64,000 bases of DNA from Endomicrobiia bacterium (GCA_039630545.1 JBCNUU010000002.1:95994-159993), one strand, 5' to 3'. Shown: positions 1 through 11,241, numbered from the stretch's first letter. Translations and numbers: made by a program. Notes: a model not told the origin generated them from the letters alone.

Positions 1-2
1 AT

Positions 3-800
3 TTAAACAAGGTAGATCTTATGGATGACAAGGAGTTATTAGATTTAGTTGAGTTAGAGGTTAGGGATTTATTAAGCAAGTATGGGTTTGAAGGGGACAA
101 AGTACCTGTTATTAGGGGTTCAGCTTTGAAGGCGTTAGCTGCTTCTGAAGGCAAGGAAGATGCTAAGTGGTTAGACAGCATATATGAGTTATTAAAGGCT
201 TTAGATGAGCATATACCTTTACCCAAGAGGGATATAGACAAGCCGTTTTTGATGAGTGTTGAGGATGTATTTAGTATAACTGGTCGTGGGACTGTAGCGA
301 CAGGTAGGGTAGAGAGGGGTAAGATAAAGGTAGGAGATGCTTGTGAGATAGTTGGCATACAGGAGACGCGCAGAAGTGTTATAACATCGATAGAGATGTT
401 TAGGAAGATATTAGATGAAGCTGTAGCTGGGGACAATGTAGGTGTATTGTTGAGGGGTATAGAGAAGGATCAGGTTGAGCGAGGTATGGTGATAGCGTAT
501 CCTGGAAGTATTACACCGCATAAGAGGTTTAAGTCGCAGGTGTATATATTGACTAAGGAGGAAGGTGGTAGGCACACACCATTTTTTAATGGTTACAGGC
601 CACAGTTTTATTTTAGGACATGCGATGTGACTGGTACTGTTAAGTTGCCACAGGGTGTTGAGATGGTGATGCCTGGAGACAATGTTGAGATGGAAGTTGA
701 ACTTATTACACCTATAGCTTTAGAAAAACAATTAAGGTTTGCTATAAGAGAAGGTGGAAAAACAGTAGGAGCAGGTGTAGTAACAGAAATTTTAGAGTAG
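3..800 (+). CDS. tuf: Elongation factor Tu, 5'-truncated by the window edge
   Basis: Frame is open from position 3 (LNKVDLMDD, NKxD motif); [16 protein letters not shown] and [19 protein letters not shown] motifs. The ATG at 21 is internal. Confidence 0.99.
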   Translation, partial: LNKVDLMDDKELLDLVELEVRDLLSKYGFEGDKVPVIRGSALKALAASEGKEDAKWLDSIYELLKALDEHIPLPKRDIDKPFLMSVEDVFSITGRGTVATGRVERGKIKVGDACEIVGIQETRRSVITSIEMFRKILDEAVAGDNVGVLLRGIEKDQVERGMVIAYPGSITPHKRFKSQVYILTKEEGGRHTPFFNGYRPQFYFRTCDVTGTVKLPQGVEMVMPGDNVEMEVELITPIALEKQLRFAIREGGKTVGAGVVTEILE

Positions 801-827
801 TATATAATTAAATGGGGTGTTAAAAAA

Positions 828-1154
828 ATGCCAGATTTAAATCAGCAATATCAAAAGATAAGAATAAAGTTAAAAAGTTATGACCATAAAATTTTGGATA
901 ATTCTGTAAAAGAAATAATAGAAACGGTAAAACGCACTGGGGTTAAAATTTCTGGACCTGTGCTTTTACCTGTAAAAGTAAGAAGATACACAGTATTAAG
1001 GTCTCCTCATGTGGATAAGAAGTCGCGAGAACAGTTTGAAGTAAGGATACACAAAAGATTAATAGATATTATGGATCCTACACCTGCAACTATTGAGGAA
1101 CTAATGAAGCTTCAACTTCCTTCTGGTATTGAAGTAGAAATTAAAATGGCGTAG
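828..1154 (+). CDS. rpsJ: 30S ribosomal protein S10
   Basis: [25 protein letters not shown]. Confidence 0.99.
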   Translation: MPDLNQQYQKIRIKLKSYDHKILDNSVKEIIETVKRTGVKISGPVLLPVKVRRYTVLRSPHVDKKSREQFEVRIHKRLIDIMDPTPATIEELMKLQLPSGIEVEIKMA

Positions 1155-1184
1155 GTTAAATTAAAGCTCTATCAGGAGAAAAAT

Positions 1185-1880
1185 ATGATAAATGCTATTT
1201 TAGGAAGGAAACTTGGAATGACAAGAATTTTTAACGAAAAAAACGAAGTTGTCCCTGTCACAGTTGTAGATGTAAGTTCATGTAGAATTGGACAAGTAAA
1301 AACTGTAGAGACTGATGGATACAATGCTGTTCAGTTATGTTTTGGAAGAAAAAAAATTAAAAATATTACAAAACCACTTTTAGGACATCTTTTAAAATGG
1401 GGCATTACAGAACCTCCAGAAGTAATTAAAGAAGTAAGAGTTGATAGCGTTGAAAATATTAAACCTTCCATGCCTGTAGAAATATCAATTTTTAATGTGA
1501 ATGAATTAGTAGATGTTCAAGGTTATACGAAAGGTAAAGGATTTGCTGGTGTTGTTAAACGGTGGGGTTTTGGAGGTGGTCCTAGAACACATGGACAGTC
1601 TGACAGACTTCGTGCACCAGGTTCTATTGGGTCTCAAAGGCCTCAAAGAGTAATAAAAGGCAAAAAAATGCCAGGTCATTTAGGAAATGAGTTGGTTACT
1701 GTGAAAAATTTGAAAATAGTAAAGATAGATAAAGAAAAAAACTTGTTGTTTATAAAAGGTGCTATTCCTGGAAATAAAAATTCTGTAGTATTGATTAAAA
1801 AAACAGGAAAGATAGAAGAAGAAAAACCTGTACAAGTATCTACTGGAAAAAAAGAAGTTAAAACTAAAATTAAAAAATGA
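1185..1880 (+). CDS. rplC: 50S ribosomal protein L3
   Basis: GRKLGMT, DGYNAVQ, KGKGFAGVVKRWGF; operon order. Confidence 0.99.
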   Translation: MINAILGRKLGMTRIFNEKNEVVPVTVVDVSSCRIGQVKTVETDGYNAVQLCFGRKKIKNITKPLLGHLLKWGITEPPEVIKEVRVDSVENIKPSMPVEISIFNVNELVDVQGYTKGKGFAGVVKRWGFGGGPRTHGQSDRLRAPGSIGSQRPQRVIKGKKMPGHLGNELVTVKNLKIVKIDKEKNLLFIKGAIPGNKNSVVLIKKTGKIEEEKPVQVSTGKKEVKTKIKK

Positions 1881-1904
1881 TTTTACTTATAGAAGGGAAA
1901 ATAA

Positions 1905-2528
1905 ATGGAAAAGCTTGATGTTATAGACATAAACACAAATAAAGTTACCTCTCAAGTTGAAATACCTAATAAAATAAAAGAATATTTTGATTATAAAAAT
2001 GCTAAATATGTATTACATGAATATGTTACTGTGTATTTAAACAACCAGCGCCAAGGGACTCATAGTACAAAGACAAGAGCAGAAGTAAGAGGTGGGGGTA
2101 GAAAACCGTGGGTTCAAAAACATACAGGAAGAGCAAGACATGGTAGTATAAGGTCTCCTTTGTGGAGAAAAGGGGGAGTGGTATTTGGACCTAAACCAAG
2201 AGATTATTATATTAAACTACCAAAAAAGAAAAAAACTTTAGCTAAGTATTTAGCTTTAGTACAAAAGATTAAGTCAAACAGTGTAATAGTTGTAGAAAAT
2301 TTTAAGATAGATTCTCATAAAACAAAAGTAGCTAAAGAAATTTTAAATAAATTAGGTGTTGATTCAGAAAAAATTTTAATAATAGATAAAAGTTTTGATG
2401 CTAATACTAAATTAGCCACAAGAAATTTGAAAAATGTAGAGATTTCTCAAGTTAAAGATATTAACGCTTATATTTTGTTAAATAATAATAAAATAATAAT
2501 AACAAAAGAGGCCTGGTTATGTCTATAA
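1905..2528 (+). CDS. rplD: 50S ribosomal protein L4
   Basis: RQGTHSTKTRAEVRGGGRKPW..QK.TGRARHGS. Confidence 0.99.
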   Translation: MEKLDVIDINTNKVTSQVEIPNKIKEYFDYKNAKYVLHEYVTVYLNNQRQGTHSTKTRAEVRGGGRKPWVQKHTGRARHGSIRSPLWRKGGVVFGPKPRDYYIKLPKKKKTLAKYLALVQKIKSNSVIVVENFKIDSHKTKVAKEILNKLGVDSEKILIIDKSFDANTKLATRNLKNVEISQVKDINAYILLNNNKIIITKEAWLCL

Positions 2529-2812
2529 ATATATATCAAATTTTAAAAAGACCAATTATTACAGAAAAAACTACAAAACTAAGACAAAATGGTATTTATG
2601 TATTTGAAGTTGACATAAATGCTTCGAAATCTGCAATAAAAGAAGCTGTTGAGAAAATTTTTAATGTGGATGTTTTAAAAGTTAGGACTATAAAAATGAA
2701 GGGTAAATTAAGAAGATTTGGAAGATATGAAGGATATAAACCTGATTGGAAAAAAGCGATAGTAAAAATAAAGCCAGGTCAAAGTATAAAAATGGTTGAT
2801 GAATTACAATAA
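2519..2812 (+). CDS. rplW: 50S ribosomal protein L23
   Basis: PIITEK, WKKAIV; operon order. Confidence 0.98.
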   Translation: MSINIYQILKRPIITEKTTKLRQNGIYVFEVDINASKSAIKEAVEKIFNVDVLKVRTIKMKGKLRRFGRYEGYKPDWKKAIVKIKPGQSIKMVDELQ

Positions 2813-2833
2813 GTTTTTAATAAGGAGATAGTT

Positions 2834-3661
2834 ATGCCTATAAAAACTTTTAAACCTTATACCCCGGTAAGAAGATTTATTACAGTTGAAGATTTTTCTG
2901 ATATTACTAAGAAAGATCCAGAAAAGAGTTTAATAGTTCCTATTAAAAAAACAGGTGGAAGAAACAATTTAGGTGAAGTTACTGTTAGGCATAGGGGTGG
3001 GGGGCATAAAAGATTTTATCGAATAATTGATTTTAAAAGAGATAAATATGATATGCCAGCGACTCTAATAGCTATTGAATATGATCCTAATAGATCTGCT
3101 AGGATAGGATTGGTAGAATATGAAGATGGTGAAAGGAGATATATTATATTGCCTTTAGGTTTGAAAATTGGCGATAAAATATTAAGTAGTAAAAATCCTA
3201 TTGACCATTCTATAGGGAACTGCATGCCGTTAAGATATATTCCGGTTGGTAGTATTGTTCATAACATAGAATTATATCCTGGAAGTGGTGGAAAATTTTG
3301 TCGTGCGGCTGGTGCTTATGCTCAAATTTTAGCAAAAGAAGGAGATTATGCTCATCTAAAAATGGTATCCGGAGAGATAAGGAAAATTAGCCTGGAATGT
3401 ATGGCAACTATTGGGCAGGTTGGAAATTTGGATCATATAAATGTTACTTTAGGGAAAGCAGGAAGAAGTAGGCATCTTGGTATTCGTCCTACAGTAAGAG
3501 GAGTAAAAATGAATGCTGTGGATCATCCTCATGGAGGTGGTCGTGGAAGATCTAAAGGTGGTAATATTCCACAGTCACCTACTGGTGTCCCGGCTAAAGG
3601 TTTTAAAACTCGCAGAAAGAGAAATCCATGGGATAAATTTATTATTCAAAGAAGAAAATGA
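2834..3661 (+). CDS. rplB: 50S ribosomal protein L2
   Basis: [35 protein letters not shown]. Confidence 0.99.
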   Translation: MPIKTFKPYTPVRRFITVEDFSDITKKDPEKSLIVPIKKTGGRNNLGEVTVRHRGGGHKRFYRIIDFKRDKYDMPATLIAIEYDPNRSARIGLVEYEDGERRYIILPLGLKIGDKILSSKNPIDHSIGNCMPLRYIPVGSIVHNIELYPGSGGKFCRAAGAYAQILAKEGDYAHLKMVSGEIRKISLECMATIGQVGNLDHINVTLGKAGRSRHLGIRPTVRGVKMNAVDHPHGGGRGRSKGGNIPQSPTGVPAKGFKTRRKRNPWDKFIIQRRK

Positions 3662-3679
3662 TTTGGAGGTTGTTATAAA

Positions 3680-3955
3680 ATGCCAAGATTACCTTATGTT
3701 GATCCAAAACTTTACAAAAAAGTTCAAAAAATTTTAGAAAAAGGTGAAAAAAAAGTTATAAAAACATGGGCCAGAGATTGTACTATAATTCCTGAATTTG
3801 TTGGATTTACCTTTTTAGTCCACAATGGAAAAAAGTTTATTCCTGTGCGTGTGACTGAGCAGATGGTAGGTCATAAGTTAGGTGAATTTGCGCCTACCAG
3901 AATATTTCGTGGACATGGAGAAGCTCATACGAAAGAACCAACTGAATTAACATAA
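3680..3955 (+). CDS. rpsS: 30S ribosomal protein S19
   Basis: [24 protein letters not shown]. Confidence 0.98.
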   Translation: MPRLPYVDPKLYKKVQKILEKGEKKVIKTWARDCTIIPEFVGFTFLVHNGKKFIPVRVTEQMVGHKLGEFAPTRIFRGHGEAHTKEPTELT

Positions 3956-3974
3956 AAATAACAGGAGAGATATT

Positions 3975-4352
3975 ATGGAAGGAATTGCTCATGCTAGATA
4001 TATAAGATATTCACCTAGAAAAATAGCTCAAGTTTTAAAATTAGTTCGTGGGAAAAAAGTTTCCGACGCTTTTAGAATATTAGATAATGTAAAAAAATCT
4101 TGCAGTTTAGAGATCAAAAAAACTATAAAAAGTGCTCTGAGTAATGCAGGAGCTCTAAAAAGTCCGGAAAAATTCTATGTAAAAACATGTTATGTTACTA
4201 AGGGACCATTTTTAAAACGTATAATGCCAAAAGCATTTGGAAGAGCAGCTTTATTTACAAGAAAAACATCTCATTTAACAATTATAGTTAGTGATCAGAA
4301 AAATTTTAAAAGGGAGACAAATTATGGGTCAGAAAGTTCCACCAAAAGCTAA
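3975..4352 (+). CDS. rplV: 50S ribosomal protein L22
   Basis: ARYIRYSPRK, TSHLTI; the 3' end overlaps the rpsC start. Confidence 0.98.
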   Translation: MEGIAHARYIRYSPRKIAQVLKLVRGKKVSDAFRILDNVKKSCSLEIKKTIKSALSNAGALKSPEKFYVKTCYVTKGPFLKRIMPKAFGRAALFTRKTSHLTIIVSDQKNFKRETNYGSESSTKS

Positions 4353-5037
4353 CAGACTTGGATTTATAGAAAATTGGGATTCAAGGTGGTTTGTAGATTT
4401 TAAAACTACACCAGATTATGTGGAACAAGATCATTTTATTAGAACATACATAAAAACAAATTATAGACAAGCAATAATTCCCAAAATCATAATAGAACGT
4501 ACAGGAGATCAACTTTTTATAGATATTCATGCAGTAAGACCTGGACTTATAATAGGAAGAGGAGGAGAAAATATAAGTGCTATTACTAAAGAAATTAAAG
4601 ATTATGTTGGAATAGATAAAGTTTCTATAAAAGTAACAGAAATAGAATATCCTTCATTGAAAGCTCAATGTGTATCGGAATTTATAGCTTTAGCAATAGA
4701 AAAGAATATGAACTATAAACGAGTGATAAAAAATGCGATCGACAGGACATTAGAAGCAGGAGCTTTAGGAATTAAAGTTCGTATTAGTGGAAGATTAGCA
4801 GGTGTGGAGATAGCTCGTAGTGAATGGTTTCGTGAGGGTAGAATTCCCACAAATACTTTTAGAGCACTGATAGATTATGGTTTCTCAGAAGCAATAATTA
4901 AAAAAGGTAAAATAGGGATAAAAGTTTGGATATTTTTAAAGGAGTTATTAACAAAAGAAGAACAACAACTAGCTAAAATGGGCAGAATAGACGAATTGAT
5001 TTTAAACAAATCTGGATTTGAGAATTTAACGAAATAA
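4324..5037 (+). CDS. rpsC: 30S ribosomal protein S3
   Basis: MGQKV start at 4324 with upstream [28 protein letters not shown]. Confidence 0.98.
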   Translation: MGQKVPPKANRLGFIENWDSRWFVDFKTTPDYVEQDHFIRTYIKTNYRQAIIPKIIIERTGDQLFIDIHAVRPGLIIGRGGENISAITKEIKDYVGIDKVSIKVTEIEYPSLKAQCVSEFIALAIEKNMNYKRVIKNAIDRTLEAGALGIKVRISGRLAGVEIARSEWFREGRIPTNTFRALIDYGFSEAIIKKGKIGIKVWIFLKELLTKEEQQLAKMGRIDELILNKSGFENLTK

Positions 5038-5059
5038 TAAAAAGGAGGAAATAAGATTC

Positions 5060-5473
5060 ATGTTGATGCCCAGTAGAGTAAAATACAGGAAACATCATTT
5101 ATTAAAATTAAAAGGTATTTCTAAAGGAGCTAAAGAATTAAACTTTGGAGACTATGGTTTGAAAACTATAGAGAATGGATATATTACTCAAAGACAGATA
5201 GAAGCTTGCAGGTTGACATTATCCAGATTTTTAAAACACGGTGGTAAAATGTGGATAAGAATATTCCCTGATTTATCTGTAACTAAAAAACCTGCTGAAA
5301 CTAGAATGGGTAAAGGTAAAGGAGACCCGGCATACTGGTGTGCAAGAGTAAAAAAGGGTAGAATTCTTTTTGAACTTGAAGGTTTATCTAAATCAGATGC
5401 TTTAGAAGCTTTAAGACAAGCATCTTTTAAACTTCCTGTTAAAACAAAAATTGTAACGAGAGAAGCCATATGA
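5060..5473 (+). CDS. rplP: 50S ribosomal protein L16
   Basis: MLMP.RVKYRK, RIFPD, RMGKGKG. Confidence 0.99.
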   Translation: MLMPSRVKYRKHHLLKLKGISKGAKELNFGDYGLKTIENGYITQRQIEACRLTLSRFLKHGGKMWIRIFPDLSVTKKPAETRMGKGKGDPAYWCARVKKGRILFELEGLSKSDALEALRQASFKLPVKTKIVTREAI

Positions 5474-5676
5474 AGAAAAAAGAGTGGGAAGCTATAAAAA
5501 ATTTCACTAAAGAAGAACTATTAATTAAACTTAACGATTTAAGAAAGAAATATTTTGAATTAAAAATGAAACATAGCGTAGTAAAGCTAAAAAATCCTTT
5601 AGAATTAAGAAATATAAGAAAAGATATTGCTAGAATTATGACTTTATTAAGGCAGAAATATAATTTTAAAGCATAA
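5470..5676 (+). CDS. rpmC: 50S ribosomal protein L29
   Basis: RKDIARIMT; position between rplP and rpsQ. Confidence 0.96.
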   Translation: MKKKEWEAIKNFTKEELLIKLNDLRKKYFELKMKHSVVKLKNPLELRNIRKDIARIMTLLRQKYNFKA

Positions 5677-5698
5677 TTTATGGAGGATTTTTGAAGTC

Positions 5699-5935
5699 AT
5701 GAGTATGATAACTAAAGTTGGAGTTGTTATTTCTGATAAAATGAATAAAACAAGAGTTGTAAAAGTAGAGCGTCTAGTTAGAATACCAAAATATGAAAAG
5801 ACAATTAGGAAATTTAAAAAATACTATGCACATGATGAAAATAATGTTACTAAAATAGGTGATAAAGTCAAGATAAAATTGACAAGACCTATTTCAAAAT
5901 TAAAAAGATGGGAGATAATTGAAGTGCTTAAATAA
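5699..5935 (+). CDS. rpsQ: 30S ribosomal protein S17
   Basis: [25 protein letters not shown]. Confidence 0.98.
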   Translation: MSMITKVGVVISDKMNKTRVVKVERLVRIPKYEKTIRKFKKYYAHDENNVTKIGDKVKIKLTRPISKLKRWEIIEVLK

Positions 5936-5960
5936 ATTTTCTAACTGATGGAGTAAAAAA

Positions 5961-6326
5961 ATGATACAAAAACGTTCAATGTTATCTGTAGCAGATAATA
6001 CAGGTGTAAAAAAAGTAATGTGTATTCAATCTTTAGGTAAAAATAAACTTTATGCAAGTATAGGAGAAGTTATAGTTGTTTCTGTAAAAGAGGCTACTCC
6101 TGATGCTGTTATAAAGAAAGGAGAAGTTGTGAAGGCAGTAATTGTAAGAACAGTTAATCAGATTAAACGTAAAGATGGTTCGTATTTAAGGTTTGATGAA
6201 AATGCTTGTGTGATAATTGATAACAATAACGAACCCAAAGGTACTCGTATTTTCGGACCTGTTGCGAGAGAATTAAGAGATAACAAATTCTTAAAAATAA
6301 TTTCTTTAGCTCCAGAAGTGGTTTAG
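5961..6326 (+). CDS. rplN: 50S ribosomal protein L14
   Basis: [27 protein letters not shown]. Confidence 0.99.
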   Translation: MIQKRSMLSVADNTGVKKVMCIQSLGKNKLYASIGEVIVVSVKEATPDAVIKKGEVVKAVIVRTVNQIKRKDGSYLRFDENACVIIDNNNEPKGTRIFGPVARELRDNKFLKIISLAPEVV

Positions 6327-6347
6327 ATAAAAGGAGATAACTTTGCT

Positions 6348-6656
6348 ATGAGAAAGATAAAAAAGAAAGACATAGTAATGGTGATAGCTGGCAAAGATAA
6401 AGGTAAGAAGGGAGAAGTTATAAAAGTGATAAATGACGAAAAAATTATTGTGTCAAAAGTTAACATAGCTAAAAAACACGTTAGACCGACTCAAAAAAGT
6501 CCTGGTGGAATTATAGAAATAGAGATGCCAATACATATTTCAAACGTTAAATTGATATGTCCTAAATGTAGTCAACCTACAAGAGTTGGATTTAAGTTTT
6601 TGCAAACAAATGAAAAAGTAAGATATTGTAAAAAATGTAAAGAAATAATAATGTGA
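6348..6656 (+). CDS. rplX: 50S ribosomal protein L24
   Basis: KOW motif VIAGKDKGKKG, PIHISNV; CPKC..CKKC. Confidence 0.98.
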   Translation: MRKIKKKDIVMVIAGKDKGKKGEVIKVINDEKIIVSKVNIAKKHVRPTQKSPGGIIEIEMPIHISNVKLICPKCSQPTRVGFKFLQTNEKVRYCKKCKEIIM

Positions 6657-6676
6657 AATAATTTTAGAGGGATTTT

Positions 6677-7243
6677 ATGAAAGAAAAAAAAGACACATAT
6701 ATTCCTAGACTTAAAAAATTATATCAGGAAAAAATAATACCTGAATTGATGAAAAAATTAAATTATAAAAATGTTCACCAGGTACCAAAAGTAGAAAAAG
6801 TTGTAGTAAGTATGAGTGTAAATGAGGCAAAAGATAACATAAAAGCATTAGATATAGCTACTGAAGAATTAGCTATGATTACTGGACAAAAACCAAAGAT
6901 ATGCAGAGCTAAAAAATCAATTTCTAACTTCAAAATTAAAAAAGGAATGCCTATAGGACTTAAAGTTACTCTTAGAGGTAAAAGAATGTATGAGTTTATT
7001 GATCGTCTTATTTATATAGCTTTACCTAAAATAAAAGATTTTAATGGATTGTCACCCAATAGTTTTGACAAAAGGGGAAATTATAATTTAGGTATTAACG
7101 AGCAATATATTTTCCCGGAAGTAAATGTTGAAAAATCAGATCGTGCACGTGGTATGAACATAACAATTGTTACATCTGCAAACACAGATGCCGAAGCCAA
7201 GGAGTTGCTTTCACTTTTAGGGTTTCCTTTTAGAAAGAATTAA
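6677..7243 (+). CDS. rplE: 50S ribosomal protein L5
   Basis: [27 protein letters not shown]. Confidence 0.99.
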   Translation: MKEKKDTYIPRLKKLYQEKIIPELMKKLNYKNVHQVPKVEKVVVSMSVNEAKDNIKALDIATEELAMITGQKPKICRAKKSISNFKIKKGMPIGLKVTLRGKRMYEFIDRLIYIALPKIKDFNGLSPNSFDKRGNYNLGINEQYIFPEVNVEKSDRARGMNITIVTSANTDAEAKELLSLLGFPFRKN

Positions 7244-7267
7244 GAAATTTTAAAAGGAGTAAAATTT

Positions 7268-7453
7268 ATGGCAACACATGCTGATTTAGCAAAGATGCGA
7301 AAAGTTCCTAAATATCCTGTAAGATATAGAAACAGGTGTAGAATTTGTGGTAGACCGAGGGGTTATATCAGGGATTTTGGAATATGTAGAATATGTTTTC
7401 GTACCTTAGCACATAAGGGAGAATTGCCAGGTGTAAGAAAAGCAAGCTGGTAA
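7268..7453 (+). CDS. rpsN: 30S ribosomal protein S14, short zinc-binding (type Z) form
   Basis: 61 aa, [27 protein letters not shown]. Confidence 0.98.
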   Translation: MATHADLAKMRKVPKYPVRYRNRCRICGRPRGYIRDFGICRICFRTLAHKGELPGVRKASW

Positions 7454-7483
7454 TTATTTTTAATCTAAAGGAGGTTTTTTTAA

Positions 7484-7876
7484 ATGAGCAGTGATGTGAT
7501 AGCTGATATGTTTACTGCTATAAGGAATGCTAGTCTTGCTAAGAAAGATAAGGTAGATGTTATATTCTCAAAGTTAAAATTTGAAATAGTGCGAATTCTT
7601 AAAGAAGAAGGTTTCATTGCAAACTACAAAAAAGTAGATTCTATAAATAATAAAAGTTATATAAGGATATTTTTAAAATATACTCCTAATAATGAACCCG
7701 TAATCAGGGAAATTGTAAGAGTCTCTAAACCAGGCAGAAGAATATACAGAAGTTACAAAGATCTAAAAAGTGACAATATGACTGTTTACATACTTACTAC
7801 TCCAAAAGGAGTGATTACAGATAAACAGGCCAGAGAACTAAAAGTTGGGGGAGAAGTTATAGGATATGTTAGGTAA
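7484..7876 (+). CDS. rpsH: 30S ribosomal protein S8
   Basis: D.IADMFTAIRNA, RVSKPGRRIY, GGEVI. Confidence 0.98.
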   Translation: MSSDVIADMFTAIRNASLAKKDKVDVIFSKLKFEIVRILKEEGFIANYKKVDSINNKSYIRIFLKYTPNNEPVIREIVRVSKPGRRIYRSYKDLKSDNMTVYILTTPKGVITDKQARELKVGGEVIGYVR

Positions 7877-7892
7877 GAAAGGAGAGTGAATT

Positions 7893-8459
7893 ATGAGTAA
7901 GTTGTGTAGAAAACCAATAGTAATTCCAGATAATGTAAAGTTTACATATATAGACAATATCGTAAAAGTAGATGGTCCTTTAGGAAGTTTAAGTTTAGAA
8001 ATAAAGATGTCTAAGTACGTAGATATTTTTAAAGAAAACAATAATATATATGTAAAGAAAAAAGATGATAGTAAAGAATCTAAAATGTATTGCGGCTTAT
8101 ATTTTGCTCTCATTCGTAATATGGTAAAAGGAGTTACAGAAGGATATAAAAAAATTTTAGAAATAGTAGGTGTAGGCTATCAAGCTCAGCTACAAGGCGA
8201 TAAACTTGTTTTAAAGTTAGGATTTTCTCATCCTGTAGTATATCAGATTCCTTCTGGTATAAAAATTACCGTAGATCAAAAAGGACAAGAGATTACGGTA
8301 AGTGGAATAGATAAGTATTTAGTTGGTCAAACAGCAGCTGAAATAAGAAGTTTAAAACCTCCAGAGCCATATAAAGGTACAGGAATTAAATATAAAAATG
8401 AGCATATAATTAGAAAACTTGGTAAAGCAGCTATAGCGTCTGCGGGAGGTAAGAAATAA
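7893..8459 (+). CDS. rplF: 50S ribosomal protein L6
   Basis: GVGYQA, LGFSHP, PEPYKGTGI. Confidence 0.98.
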   Translation: MSKLCRKPIVIPDNVKFTYIDNIVKVDGPLGSLSLEIKMSKYVDIFKENNNIYVKKKDDSKESKMYCGLYFALIRNMVKGVTEGYKKILEIVGVGYQAQLQGDKLVLKLGFSHPVVYQIPSGIKITVDQKGQEITVSGIDKYLVGQTAAEIRSLKPPEPYKGTGIKYKNEHIIRKLGKAAIASAGGKK

Positions 8460-8462
8460 ACA

Positions 8463-8837
8463 ATGAATATTAACGAAGCAATAATTCCCAAAATAAGACT
8501 TCAAAGAAGAAAGTTTATTATTCGTAAAAAAATTTTTGGCACAAAAGAAAGGCCACGTCTAAGTGTATATAGAAGTTTAAAACACATTTACGCTCAAGCG
8601 ATAGATGATGAAAATGGACATACTCTTTGTAGTTGTTCTACTTTATGTCCAGAAATAAGAGAAAATTTGAAAGATAAAACTAAAACAGAAAAAGCAGAAA
8701 TTGTAGGTTTACATTTAGCAGAGAAGTTGATTAAGTTGGGTATAAAAAAAATTGTTTTTGACAGGAATGGTAGAAAATATATAGGCAGGATAAAAGCTTT
8801 AGCAGATGGGTTAAGAAAAAAAGGATTAGAATTTTAA
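8463..8837 (+). CDS. rplR: 50S ribosomal protein L18
   Basis: [22 protein letters not shown]. Confidence 0.98.
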   Translation: MNINEAIIPKIRLQRRKFIIRKKIFGTKERPRLSVYRSLKHIYAQAIDDENGHTLCSCSTLCPEIRENLKDKTKTEKAEIVGLHLAEKLIKLGIKKIVFDRNGRKYIGRIKALADGLRKKGLEF

Positions 8838-8868
8838 ATTTTTTAAGAAGGAGAGAAGTTTTAACTTT

Positions 8869-9426
8869 ATGGAAAAGAAAAATGTTTTAGAAGACATAAA
8901 TAGCGAAAACGAGGTTCAACAGGAAGTTTATTCTTCAGAAGAAGAGATTCCAACTGCTATTGAAAAAGAGAAAGAATTTGAAAAATTTGTTGTTTCTGTA
9001 AGACGAGTGGCAAAAGTATTGAAAGGAGGAAAGAAGCTTTCTTTTTCAGCTGTAGTAGTTGTTGGTAATAAAGATGGATTGGTTGGTTATTCAATAGGAA
9101 AAGCAAGAGAAGTCCCTGCTGCTATAGACAAAGCAGCAAGAAGAGCAATGAAGAATCTAATAGAAGTAAAGATAGTTAATGAAACTATTCCTCATCAGAT
9201 AATAGGAAAGTTTGGTTCAACAAAAGTTCTACTTAAACCTGCTAAAAAAGGAACTGGTGTTATAGCAGGACTTACTTTAAGAGCTGTAATGGATGCTGCT
9301 GGTGTGAAAAATGTTGTAACTAAGATAATTGGTTCTACAAATCCTGTTAATGTGATTCCAGCTGCGTTTAACGCTTTAAAACAATTAAGAACTTTAGAAG
9401 AAATCAAACTTCTAAGACAGCAATAG
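8869..9426 (+). CDS. rpsE: 30S ribosomal protein S5 with acidic N-terminal extension
   Basis: RVAKVLKGGK, VVVG, GKAREVP, GTGVIAG. Confidence 0.98.
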   Translation: MEKKNVLEDINSENEVQQEVYSSEEEIPTAIEKEKEFEKFVVSVRRVAKVLKGGKKLSFSAVVVVGNKDGLVGYSIGKAREVPAAIDKAARRAMKNLIEVKIVNETIPHQIIGKFGSTKVLLKPAKKGTGVIAGLTLRAVMDAAGVKNVVTKIIGSTNPVNVIPAAFNALKQLRTLEEIKLLRQQ

Positions 9427-9452
9427 ATTATTTTAGTGAGGGGTTCTATAAA

Positions 9453-9932
9453 ATGGAAACAATTACTTTATCTAATTTATCACCAAAACAAGGAAGCAAA
9501 CATAGAAAAAAAAGATTAGGCTGTGGAGAAGGAAGTGGACATGGAGGTAGTGGTTCTACCAGAGGGATGAAAGGGCAAAGATCACGTTCTGGTGAAGGTA
9601 AGAATCCTGGATTTGAAGGTGGTCAAATGCCCTTATTACGAAGAATTCCTAAATATGGTTTTTCAAACAAAAAGTTTGCTTTAGATTATCAAGAAGTGTT
9701 TTTAGACGATATAATTTCAAAAATTCCTGAAGAAATTTCAGAAATAACTGTAGATGTGCTAAAGAAATATAACCTTTTAAAATCATTAAATAGACCGTTT
9801 AAAATTTTGATAAGAGATAAAGAAAAAATTTCTATAAATAAAAAACTCAAAATATATGCTCACAAGTTTACAAAAAGCGTAATGGAATTAATTAAAAAAA
9901 CAGGTGGAGATTATGTTCAGCTCAATTATTGA
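9453..9932 (+). CDS. rplO: 50S ribosomal protein L15
   Basis: RGMKGQRSRSG, FEGGQMPL.RRIPK.GF. Confidence 0.98.
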   Translation: METITLSNLSPKQGSKHRKKRLGCGEGSGHGGSGSTRGMKGQRSRSGEGKNPGFEGGQMPLLRRIPKYGFSNKKFALDYQEVFLDDIISKIPEEISEITVDVLKKYNLLKSLNRPFKILIRDKEKISINKKLKIYAHKFTKSVMELIKKTGGDYVQLNY

Positions 9933-11241
9933 TATATTTAAAATAACAGAACTCAGAAGAAGAATATTTTTTACATTAGGAGCACTGGCAATTTTTAGGT
10001 TAGGTGCTGCTATACCACTTCCTGGAGTAAATCCAGAAGCTCTAAAAACATTATTTGATCCTGCTCGTGGAGGTATTTTAGGATTTTTGAATATCTTTTC
10101 AGGTGGAGCGATGAGCAGGTTGTCAATTTTTGCATTAGGAATAATGCCATATATTAATGCTTCTATTATAATGTCTTTACTGCAGGGTGGTCATATGATA
10201 CCATATTTAGATCAGCTTGCTAAAGAAGGAGAAATGGGTAGAAGGAAAATAACACAACTTACCAGATATGCCACACTTCTTATCGGAACAATTCAAGCAA
10301 TAGGTTTGACTACTATGATTATTCACACTCCGATAAGAGGTCAAGAACTGGCAGTAACTGATACATCATTTAGATTTATTTTTCTAACAGTTATTACTTT
10401 AGTTACAGGGACAATGTTTATAATGTGGTTAGGAGAACAGATTACAGAAATGGGTATAGGCAATGGTATTTCCCTATTAATTTTTGCTGGAATAGTTGAC
10501 AGATTACCCGCTTCAATAGGAAATTTTTTTCAATTATTATATGCTGACGAGATTAGTTTTATTAATGCTTTAGTTTTAGTTTTAGTTATAACTGCTACTG
10601 TAATTGGTGTTGTTTGGTTAGAAACTGCTCAGAGGCGAATAACAGTTCAATATGCTAAACGAGTAATAGGACGCAGAGTGTATGGGGGAGCTTCTAATTT
10701 TTTGCCTTTAAAGGTTGATACAGCTGGTGTAATAGCTGTAATTTTTGCGGTATCACTTTTAACATTACCTCATACCTTTTTACAGTTTTTCCCGAATGCA
10801 GAATGGGCAAATAAAATTTCTTCATACTGGAGGCCTGGTTTATTATTATATGAAATTTTATTTGCTGGACTGATAATATTTTTCTGTTATTTTTATAATA
10901 CTATAATTTTGAATCCTCAAGATTTAGCAGAAAATATGAAAAAATGGGGAGGATTTATTCCTGGAATTCGTCCAGGAGAACCTACAGCAAAGTATATACA
11001 GTATGTATTAGAAAGAATTACCTTAGGTGGAGCGTTAGCAGTAGTAATAATTGCTATTTTGCCTGATCTTTTGCGAGAATGGTTTAATGCACCTTTTTAT
11101 TTTGGTGGAACAACGATACTTATAGCAATAGGGGTGGCTTTAGATACAGTTGGTCAGATAGAATCACATCTGCTTATGCGACATTACGAAGGTATAGCAA
11201 AAGAAGTAAAAATTAAAGGCAGATGGTTCAATATAAGATGA
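9913..11241 (+). CDS. secY: Preprotein translocase subunit SecY
   Basis: SIFALGIMPYI, WLGEQIT..GIGNG.S, FIPGIRPG; ATG at 9913 preceded by GGAG. Confidence 0.99.
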   Translation: MFSSIIDIFKITELRRRIFFTLGALAIFRLGAAIPLPGVNPEALKTLFDPARGGILGFLNIFSGGAMSRLSIFALGIMPYINASIIMSLLQGGHMIPYLDQLAKEGEMGRRKITQLTRYATLLIGTIQAIGLTTMIIHTPIRGQELAVTDTSFRFIFLTVITLVTGTMFIMWLGEQITEMGIGNGISLLIFAGIVDRLPASIGNFFQLLYADEISFINALVLVLVITATVIGVVWLETAQRRITVQYAKRVIGRRVYGGASNFLPLKVDTAGVIAVIFAVSLLTLPHTFLQFFPNAEWANKISSYWRPGLLLYEILFAGLIIFFCYFYNTIILNPQDLAENMKKWGGFIPGIRPGEPTAKYIQYVLERITLGGALAVVIIAILPDLLREWFNAPFYFGGTTILIAIGVALDTVGQIESHLLMRHYEGIAKEVKIKGRWFNIR

